From UHGV virus genome UHGV-1343268: 17,098 nt of DNA. One strand, given 5' to 3'. Below the pieces are notes generated by a model that worked only from the letters and a program-made list of their open reading frames with translations, ran no database searches and was not told the DNA's origin. The DNA is from a virus. Made by a program: the position numbers and the translations under genes. Positions 1 through 6,951 of this stretch are shown piece by piece (the stretch's first letter is position 1; the number at the start of each line of letters is the position of its first letter).

Positions 1-27
1 AAAATCAAAGCAATAAGCAGTGTCGTG

Positions 28-50
28 AAACCACCTTCGGGTGGTTTTTT
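28..50 (+). terminator. Rho-independent terminator-like hairpin, possibly the 3' end of a gene or sRNA upstream of the window
   Basis: Seen in sequence: 8-bp stem AAACCACC (28-35) / GGTGGTTT (40-47), TTCG loop, followed by a T-run to position 50. The transcript it would terminate is not identified. Confidence 0.45.
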
Positions 51-522
51 CGTATTTGTATTTTGTGCAATGGCGGTAGAGTGGCGATGGTGTGGCGATA
101 TGCAGAAACAATGGTAGTGCACGTGCTGTTTAAACTCTAAGGATGAAGCAGAATTCTTCTGCAGCTCCTCCGTATTTCGCATAGTGAACCAGGACCTCTG
201 TTAAACAAAAATTTTTCTGGGATTTTTTCACTCGACTTCATTTTTCCTCCTGCAATCCACCAACAGGTACCTGCGCTAATCTATCTTTTTAATCTGACAA
301 CATCTTGGGAAAAGGCAAATTCGTCAGATTTACTGTTTTTCTGCTGCCTCGAATGCCGATGTCTGAAGCGCTGATAAGAGTTCTATCTCTTTGATATAGA
401 TCTTTTTTTTGATGAATTGCACGACATATTATCGTTATGACACCTTCTTGTTAAAGGTATTGTACTCCTCATCTCGATTTTATGATGTGGGCTATGATTG
501 GTTAGTAATAGAGTGTATCGGT

Positions 523-804
523 ATGCGATGTGGTTTATTAATGGCAATCTGCCTTTGTTTAGTATCTTTTAGTGGATATGCAGCAACAGGAAAGTCTGAT
601 GCTCAGATCAAAAAAGAAATAATTAAAGAATCCATTGAATCTTATCCAGGCAATTGTGCGTGTCCTTATAATCATGCAAGGAATGGTAGTAGATGTGGTG
701 GACGCAGTGCATATAGCCGTAATGGAGGGTATGACGTGGTATGTTATGAGGGTGATGTTACCGATGAAATGATCCGGCAATGGAAGCAGGAGAATGCTGA
801 GTAA
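523..804 (+). CDS. Small Cys-rich exported protein of unknown function (about 93 aa)
   Basis: The supplied ORF runs 409..804; an internal ATG at 523 gives MRCGLLMAICLCLVSFSGYAA-TGKSD, a classic signal peptide (basic n-region, hydrophobic core, AxA-like cleavage site). The mature part is Cys-rich (CACPYNHARNGSRCGG). AT-rich codon usage. Start choice is inferred, not verified. Confidence 0.5.
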   Translation: MRCGLLMAICLCLVSFSGYAATGKSDAQIKKEIIKESIESYPGNCACPYNHARNGSRCGGRSAYSRNGGYDVVCYEGDVTDEMIRQWKQENAE

Positions 805-869
805 TCTCTTTTAACAGGTTTGTTGTGCGAGCATTATGTGCCGTTAACGGTACACTAGCTAGTGATTGT

Positions 870-910
870 TCCAAAAAGAAAACCCGCAGTTCTTACGCTG
901 CGGGTTTGTT
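870..910. terminator. Bidirectional intrinsic terminator between convergent genes
   Basis: Perfect 7-bp stem CCCGCAG (883-889) / CTGCGGG (898-904) with an 8-nt loop; A-run upstream (AAAAAGAAAA) and T-run downstream, so the minus-strand reading is hairpin plus TTTTCTTTTT. Sits between the stop of the 523..804 CDS and the hok-like ORF. Confidence 0.6.
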
Positions 911-992
911 GTTCATGTCTGTGAGATAGGGTGCCACTTCAGCCAACCTTAGCAACCGATTGACGGGGGATTGCTCCCCCGTCGCGGTTTCC

Positions 993-1133
993 TTACTGCT
1001 TACACTGTAAGAACGCCGCAAACTCCGCTCCCCAGAAGCTCATCCGTATTTCACACAGCGAACCGTGTAGCATCCAGATGATGAGGATTACCGTCACGCA
1101 GAACGTGATGGCTGTAAGCGATTTTTGCGACAT
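993..1133 (-). CDS. hok: Hok/Gef-family type I toxin-like small membrane peptide (46 aa)
   Basis: Manual minus-strand translation from ATG (complement of 1131-1133) to TAA (993-995): MSQKSLTAITFCVTVILIIWMLHGSLCEIRMSFWGAEFAAFLQCKQ. One hydrophobic transmembrane segment followed by SLCEIR and AAF, which match my recollection of the Hok/Gef signature (Hok has KSLCEIR...EVAAF). Below the 60-aa cutoff of the supplied ORF track. Confidence 0.6.
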   Translation of the reverse strand: MSQKSLTAITFCVTVILIIWMLHGSLCEIRMSFWGAEFAAFLQCKQ

Positions 1134-1323
1134 AGCGCTTGCTCCTTTGTTGGAGAGGCGCTAACCTATCACTTGCTTAAGGTAGATATGTTAGGGCCTC
1201 GGTTAAACAGAAATGTTTTCCGGGGCCTTTCCACATCCGGCCTTCGGGTATTCCTCCGACCATCAGCCGAAAGGCACCCGCGGGTAATCTATCGTTTTTT
1301 TGTTACTCCGGCAATTCTGCCTG

Positions 1324-1584
1324 TTAATTCTGAGGTAAAGGCAAACTCATCTGATTGTTTCCCCTGTGTGAAGCTGGCAGCTCATGCCACGGGATACCTT
1401 CCGAAGAGTGAACGCCGGAGGCGTGTTTTGATGTGAATTTATGGAAAGCTTCCAGTGTTGAGAAGCATACGCCGCATTCCAGGTTGTTACACTGGTAATA
1501 CTTTTGCCGCACAGTGTTTGAATCGTTTTCCGGACGACTGGTGCGGATTCGGGCAGATGCGCCACAAAGCGGACAACGGAACAT
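1324..1584 (-). CDS. ogr: Ogr/Delta-family zinc-finger late-gene transcriptional activator
   Basis: N-terminus MFRCPLCGASARIRTSR...YYQCNNLECGVCF has the C-x2-C...C-x4-C arrangement and MF-CPLC start recalled for P2 Ogr. Strong SD (AAGGGAGG) 5 nt upstream of the ATG at 1584. Lies downstream of D as in P2. At 86 aa it is longer than P2 Ogr (72 aa). Confidence 0.8.
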   Translation of the reverse strand: MFRCPLCGASARIRTSRPENDSNTVRQKYYQCNNLECGVCFSTLEAFHKFTSKHASGVHSSEGIPWHELPASHRGNNQMSLPLPQN

Positions 1585-1873
1585 AGCGACCTCCCTTAAC
1601 GTGGTGCTGCCGCTATTCTAAGTTGTAATAGCTCAGACTCCAACTGACAGTTTGCGCAGCCAGAATACAATCAAACCTAGCGGTACGCTTTGTGCGAAGA
1701 GCGGAAGTTCGCAACTCCAACAACTTTGATAACCTCCGCATAAATGGAAATCGGTTGCTTACATAAGTTTATTGGCTGAGGTGCATATCGGGAAGCAAGC
1801 GGGCAGTGCCATCTTATCTGTTACAATCCCGAAATGATTGTTCAGCCCGCTTTTTCTAACAGCATGTAAACAT

Positions 1874-3013
1874 TCAGCTGCAAATTTCGTTGTTGCTGCA
1901 TGTTATCTCTTCAAGTGCAGCGGCGTTATAATCAACGGAATGATCAACCTGTGATGTAGGTATGCCAAAAAATTCAACCCCTGACATAATCATGTTGCCG
2001 ATATTCTCTCGCTGTTTATCACTGAGCCTGTCCCACCACTCAGGGGATGAATATGTATTTTCGGCCTTTGTGAAGAAAAAATACAGAAGGGTATTGAACA
2101 TCCTGTTAGCTGGGATCTTAATTAGTGTCCGTATAAAACGTCTGATAATTGTTGAAGTTCTCAGCCAACTGAACACTACATATCCCTTACCTCCGCAGGA
2201 AAAAGCATTGAAACATACTTGTTCCGCCGACACTGTAAGATCGCTCAAATCCTGAATTTTGGTCCCATCGAAATCCCTCTCCGGTGAAAGAATTGACGAA
2301 ACTACAATTGGTAAAGGCTCTGCAAAAGTGAAGATAACACTTTCAATTTCTGAAAATTGCCTGCTAAGTAGGATGCGGTCGAGGCTAGTTTTAAGATTAT
2401 TTAATTCAATTATTGCTGCATTTAAGCCACTTTGGTGCTGGTCGATTAATTTCTGAATATAATACTGTTCAACTTGTAGCTTTCCTTTATCGGCATTTTT
2501 AGCAAAATCAGAAGATAGCACTCCCCCTTCTTTGGCATAAATTTCTTTAGACAATGAACGAAACATTAAGGCAAAGCACTGCTCGTCCGTGCCTGTAAAT
2601 TTTTCGTTCTCTAGGCATGAAAATAAGATTCTGTCATGAACTGCACAAAATCCTGTAAAAGTGGATGCCTGATTGATACCGATCTTCTCGGGAAGCCATT
2701 TTCCGTTGTTTCTCATCAGGCTTGCTAAGTTCATTATCACCCCCATGACGTGATTGCTGGAGTCGGCGATCGCCTTAAGGCTACTGCTCTTAGATATCGT
2801 ATGCGCCTGAACGATGCGTTTATCACAATCTTCGTGCATGGATGCTGGCGCATAACATGCCTTTCTCTGCGAGAGAGACTTTGAAAATTTCAGTGCCTCG
2901 GCTTTGGATACCGGAGTTTCACGATCTCGACCAAGATGGCACTTTTTATACTTAAGTCCTGAATTACACCAGCACTTATCATTTCTTCCTAATTTCACTT
3001 TATTGTTTCCCAC
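1874..3013 (-). CDS. Cargo protein with N-terminal SEC-C-type zinc-binding motif, function unknown (about 379 aa); candidate accessory or defence gene
   Basis: ORF on the same strand as D and ogr and inserted between them. N-terminus KCWCNSGLKYKKCH matches the SEC-C metal-binding motif (C-x-C-x8-C-H). Markedly AT-rich compared with the flanking phage genes. The annotated start is a GTG with no clear SD; an in-frame GTG five codons downstream (MKLGRND...) is an alternative. The remainder of the protein has no domain I can name. Confidence 0.7.
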   Translation of the reverse strand: MGNNKVKLGRNDKCWCNSGLKYKKCHLGRDRETPVSKAEALKFSKSLSQRKACYAPASMHEDCDKRIVQAHTISKSSSLKAIADSSNHVMGVIMNLASLMRNNGKWLPEKIGINQASTFTGFCAVHDRILFSCLENEKFTGTDEQCFALMFRSLSKEIYAKEGGVLSSDFAKNADKGKLQVEQYYIQKLIDQHQSGLNAAIIELNNLKTSLDRILLSRQFSEIESVIFTFAEPLPIVVSSILSPERDFDGTKIQDLSDLTVSAEQVCFNAFSCGGKGYVVFSWLRTSTIIRRFIRTLIKIPANRMFNTLLYFFFTKAENTYSSPEWWDRLSDKQRENIGNMIMSGVEFFGIPTSQVDHSVDYNAAALEEITCSNNEICS

Positions 3014-3412
3014 GAAATTAATGTTCTATAACAAAAACACTTATCGAAAATAGGTGTAATTTATCACTCCGGCAGCTAAAAGATCATCTGCCACATGCAC
3101 GATAATAAATCTTCCTTGCGTCATCATCTCCCTCTGTTCTTAAATCAGGTGTTGCCTGTGTGCGGAGGATTCGCGAAGTACAGTAGCCGAAATGCATGAT
3201 CTTACCCATCAATGGTGAGCACGCGATAATAAGTGAGTCCCTAATTGACCACTCATGGCAATACAACTTCAACCAGCATTCATGACCACTATCCGTGGAT
3301 TAACTGTTACATAAGCAACACCTGCTCTAGGCACAAAGCGGGCTGCCAGATTGGGTCTGGCACTGTGCTGTGAGTGTGTCAGTTCTGGTTTGAGTCAATA
3401 CATCTAATTTGC

Positions 3413-4513
3413 TCATTCTGTTTCTGCTATCCATTCCGGGATTTTTGCTTCAAGCTCAAGCTGTGTGGTAAAGCCGCTGTTATCAATGGTGTGCTCGGCT
3501 TTTGCAATAATCCAGTCCTGATTATCGATGTCACTTTTGAAGCCTGTCACCGTGCCATGCATTTCGGGATAGAGTTCTGCGCGTCCACGCGCCAGCGTGA
3601 TGGAGAATGATGCGGCTCCGCGTTGTAGCTGCTGCCACTTTGCCGCCGCTGCACGTCTTGCTGCCTGCTCGTTCTGATAAGTCTTGCGTAACACAAACAC
3701 GTTGCCTTCCGCACCTTCCATATAGTCACCTTCACGGCTGCTGCTTTTCTCCTTTTTCGGTTTGCGGCGTTTCACGCTGACTTTTTTCTTTTTCCCGTAA
3801 TTAAGATCAAGCCAGTAAGCACGTACCCCCGTATACGCTTCGCGGTCAGCAATGCGGAACTGATGGCGATCGCCACTGCTGCGCGTGATGGCGAACGATG
3901 GCAACGGCTGGCCCTGTGCGTTCACGCCACCGCCTGGCATGATGAATAACAGATTACTGCTTTTTACCGTAGTGATTGCGCCCAGCATTTCCGCCATGCG
4001 CGTAAGGAAGGACATGTCGCTTTCTTCGGTCTGGTCGGCGTGGTCGATTTCAATATCCATCAGCATTTCGCTGATTTGTGGTTTCAGACCGTACCGATGA
4101 GCGATGGCGGATACCACGCGCTCAACGGTCACATCATGCCAGGACACCTCACGTTTAACGTTAAATTCATCCCGAAAATCTGCGCTTCTGGCTGAAACAG
4201 TCAGCCTGTCCGGCGGTCCTTCGTGAGCGATTTCATCAACAATGTAAGTGCCTTTTTCTGTCAGCGGTTCTCCTTTCCAGCCAATGAGAACCGTCAGGCG
4301 CGCGCCCCGTGGCGGTAGCTGCAACTGACCATCCGCATCATCCAGCGTGATGGTGAGCAGGTCCGCTTCAAATCCCCGGTTGTCGGTCAGTGACAGGCTC
4401 ATCAGGCGCTCTGCCACGCCGGACAGTGTTTCCCCCTCCGCGAGAATATCAAAATCCGGCATTTTCACGGGGTCTGTGCTCTGACTGAGCAATTGCATGG
4501 TGGTATCGGTCAT
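3413..4513 (-). CDS. D: P2 gpD-like tail protein (late control D family)
   Basis: Supplied ORF 3413..4645; the likely start is the internal ATG at 4513 (MTDTTMQLLSQ...) preceded by GGGAGGGA. Length (about 366 aa) and sequence character are consistent with the gpD family; position next to ogr matches P2 synteny. Confidence 0.88.
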   Translation of the reverse strand: MTDTTMQLLSQSTDPVKMPDFDILAEGETLSGVAERLMSLSLTDNRGFEADLLTITLDDADGQLQLPPRGARLTVLIGWKGEPLTEKGTYIVDEIAHEGPPDRLTVSARSADFRDEFNVKREVSWHDVTVERVVSAIAHRYGLKPQISEMLMDIEIDHADQTEESDMSFLTRMAEMLGAITTVKSSNLLFIMPGGGVNAQGQPLPSFAITRSSGDRHQFRIADREAYTGVRAYWLDLNYGKKKKVSVKRRKPKKEKSSSREGDYMEGAEGNVFVLRKTYQNEQAARRAAAAKWQQLQRGAASFSITLARGRAELYPEMHGTVTGFKSDIDNQDWIIAKAEHTIDNSGFTTQLELEAKIPEWIAETE

Positions 4514-4670
4514 CTGTTCCCTCCCTGTGCGGCATGGTCGCATGTGCGTGCATAGGGGGTTACTGCTTTTTGTTGTCGCCGTGGCGGGAGAACGGCGCAG
4601 GGGAGAGATTACGCGCGTGGTGGGTGATGATTGTTGCCGAATCATTTAACGGATACAAGGGGCTGAAGCT

Positions 4671-5855
4671 ATGAGTGAAACTCGTTTTCATGGTGCCCGT
4701 GTTACGGAAAGTACCGACCTGGTAACAGCGATTAATGATGTTGATTCCAGTGTTATCGGTATCGTGGCAACGGCGGATGATGCGGACGCGGAGCTGTTCC
4801 CGCTGAACAAGCCCACACTGCTGACCCGCGTCAATGACGTGCTGGGAAAATGCGGGACTACGGGGACGCTTTATCGTGCGCTTAAGGCTATTGCAGACCA
4901 GGTGAGCACAAAAGTGATCGTCGTTCGCGTGGCTGAACACAAAGAAGAAGGCGGTAAGACGCAGGATCAACTGGTTATCGGTGGTTCTGAATCTGACGGC
5001 AGCTATACGGGGATGTATGCGCTGCTTGTTGCAGAGCAGGATGAAAGCATCGGATACCGTCCGCGTATTCTGGCCGCGCCGGAGCTGGACACGGAGGCGG
5101 TGACAAAATCCCTGTGCGTGATTGCGGGTAAACTGCGCGCGTTTGTGTATGCCTCATGTCATGACTGTAACACGATGGCTGAGGCAATTACCTACCGCCA
5201 GAAATTCAACGAACGTGAGGTGATGCTCTTATGGCCGGACTTCATCGCCTACAACCCGAAAAGTGGCAAAAACGAAACGTTCCCCGCGCCTGCCTATGCG
5301 TGCGGCCTTCGTGCGTACATTGACCATGAGCAGGGCTGGCACAAATCGCTGTCCAACGTTCCTGTTAAAAATGTGCTGGGGATGTCCAGGCATGTTTTCT
5401 GGTCGTTGCAGGCCGAAGACAGTGATGCCAACAGCCTCAACAACAAAGAAATCACGACCATTATTCGTCGCAACGGGTTCCGCTTCTGGGGCAACCGCAC
5501 ACCGGAAACGAACGCCTACATCTTTGAGGTGTATACCCGAACCGCACAGGTGCTGGCTGATTCAATTGCGGAAGCGCAGTTTGAAACCATCGACAGTCCA
5601 CTGACGCCTGCGAACGTGAAGGATGTTATCAGTGCCATCAGGGCAAAACTGGATTCGCTGGTTACTGCCGGGAAACTGATTGGCGCGGAGTGCTGGTATG
5701 ACGTGGTGGATAACAGCACCACGGATTTACGTCAGGGGCGTGTGCGTATTCGCTACAAATATACGCCCGTTCCGCCACTGGAAGACATGGAGCTTTACCA
5801 GACGTTTACTGATGAATACTTTGAACCCGCATTTGCGGTGCTGGGAGGTGCCTGA
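4671..5855 (+). CDS. FI: Contractile tail sheath protein (P2 gpFI-like)
   Basis: 394 aa. Shares recalled gpFI motifs: DADAE-FPLNKP near the N-terminus, LRAF, WPDF, EQGWHK-LSNV, RRNGFRFWGNRT, YTRTAQV, YKYTPVPPLE. SD AAGGGG 8 nt upstream of the ATG. Confidence 0.93.
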   Translation: MSETRFHGARVTESTDLVTAINDVDSSVIGIVATADDADAELFPLNKPTLLTRVNDVLGKCGTTGTLYRALKAIADQVSTKVIVVRVAEHKEEGGKTQDQLVIGGSESDGSYTGMYALLVAEQDESIGYRPRILAAPELDTEAVTKSLCVIAGKLRAFVYASCHDCNTMAEAITYRQKFNEREVMLLWPDFIAYNPKSGKNETFPAPAYACGLRAYIDHEQGWHKSLSNVPVKNVLGMSRHVFWSLQAEDSDANSLNNKEITTIIRRNGFRFWGNRTPETNAYIFEVYTRTAQVLADSIAEAQFETIDSPLTPANVKDVISAIRAKLDSLVTAGKLIGAECWYDVVDNSTTDLRQGRVRIRYKYTPVPPLEDMELYQTFTDEYFEPAFAVLGGA

Positions 5856-6367
5856 TGGCTGTACCAAAACATCTTCGCTTTTTTACGCTGTTTGTGGATG
5901 GTGAAAACGAAGTGGGTAAGGTGACGTCCGTCACTCTGCCTAAGCTGACGCGCAAAACCGACAGCTACCGGGGTGGTGGCATGATGGGTGCGGTAAGTAT
6001 TGATCTCGGTCTGGACGACTCCGCGCTTGATGCGAGCTTTGTCATGGGGGGCGCAGTTCGTGAGCTGTTCCTTAAGTATGGCGGCACGATTGACGGCACG
6101 CTGCTGCGTTTTGCGGGTGAATATTACACCGATGCAGAAAGCGACCTGTATGAAGTCGAAATGCGCGGACGTGTGACGGAAATTGATATGGGGGAAGCCA
6201 AACAGGGCGAAGCCACATCACACACTTACGCCATTAAAAACACCTACTACAAGCTGAGTGTTAACGATCGCCCGTTGTGGGAGATTGACCTGCTGAACTT
6301 CATTTACCGGAAGGACGGCAAGGACATTGTGCCCGATCGCATCCGTTCCGCGCTCGGGCTTGGCTGA
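5855..6367 (+). CDS. FII: Tail tube protein (P2 gpFII-like)
   Basis: 170 aa. Start overlaps the FI stop (TGATG) with GGGAGGTG as SD. Has the LPKLTRK...YRGGGM motif recalled for gpFII. Sits immediately after the sheath gene as in P2. Confidence 0.9.
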   Translation: MAVPKHLRFFTLFVDGENEVGKVTSVTLPKLTRKTDSYRGGGMMGAVSIDLGLDDSALDASFVMGGAVRELFLKYGGTIDGTLLRFAGEYYTDAESDLYEVEMRGRVTEIDMGEAKQGEATSHTYAIKNTYYKLSVNDRPLWEIDLLNFIYRKDGKDIVPDRIRSALGLG

Positions 6368-6421
6368 TAAGTAATATGCAGGCGGCGCAGTGCGTCGCCT
6401 CTGACTGAAAGGAGTTTCCTG

Positions 6422-6787
6422 ATGAAAGAGACGAAAAACATCGATACCGAAAACACGGTAGTTGCTGACACTGTGAAAGAAACCAGTGAGCGTGGTGTAA
6501 AACTTACCCAACCAATTGAGCGAGGCGGCGAAAAAATCACGTATGTGGAGATCACCGGGGCTATTGAGCAGGCTGGATCTCTGCGAGATTTGTCGCTGTC
6601 TGATGTGCTGAATCTGAAAGCGGAATCCATGTTTACGCTGCTGTCACGCGTGACATCACCGCGACTGGATGAAGTGACGATCAAAAAAATGGCATCCCGT
6701 GACTTTATTCAGTTATGTGTGGTTGCCGTAAATTTTTTGAGCGGTGCGGACTCTGGCGGGAAGAACGAACAGGCGACGGAAGCCTGA
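6422..6787 (+). CDS. E: Tail assembly chaperone (P2 gpE-like), zero-frame product
   Basis: 121-aa ORF with SD AAAGGAG, placed between the tube and tape-measure genes. Contains the slippery site TTTTTTG at 6733-6739. Confidence 0.85.
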   Translation: MKETKNIDTENTVVADTVKETSERGVKLTQPIERGGEKITYVEITGAIEQAGSLRDLSLSDVLNLKAESMFTLLSRVTSPRLDEVTIKKMASRDFIQLCVVAVNFLSGADSGGKNEQATEA

Positions 6788-6951
6788 TCACGGTTGTGTG
6801 CTTTGAGCACATAGAAGACTTTGTGGCAGATATTGCCGTTATTTTTAACTGGTCGCCCGCCGAAATCTTCATGATGACGCCCGGCGAAGTGGTTAGCTGG
6901 CGTGAGCGGGCGGCACTTCGCAGCGGGAATGCAGACAATGAAGACTCTTGA
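6422..6951 (+). CDS. E': gpE+E' fusion chaperone made by programmed -1 ribosomal frameshift
   Basis: The overlapping ORF 6715..6951 is in the -1 frame relative to E (start coordinates 6422 and 6715 differ by one in frame) and has no plausible start of its own. The heptamer T6G at 6733-6739 sits in the overlap. This matches the conserved E/E' frameshift of P2 and the analogous lambda G/GT. The E' ORF ends where T begins. Confidence 0.75.
6733..6739 (+). promoter_or_regulatory. Slippery heptamer TTTTTTG for the -1 programmed frameshift E to E'
   Basis: Seen in sequence, in the E/E' overlap with the correct frame relationship. Confidence 0.7.

Noticed and set aside
559-780. 73-aa minus-strand ORF
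   Set aside because: Antisense to the signal-peptide-containing ORF on the plus strand, which is the better-supported reading.
1125-1436. 103-aa plus-strand ORF
   Set aside because: Overlaps the hok-like start and its structured leader and the 3' end of ogr; no SD; more likely non-coding sequence (possible antisense RNA region) than a protein gene.
1347-1565. 72-aa minus-strand ORF overlapping ogr in another frame
   Set aside because: Alternative frame of the Ogr-like gene; the zinc-finger motif is only in the 1324..1584 frame.
3084-3272. 62-aa minus-strand ORF between the cargo gene and D
   Set aside because: TTG start, no SD, composition not protein-like; could be re-examined if transcript data show a small gene here.
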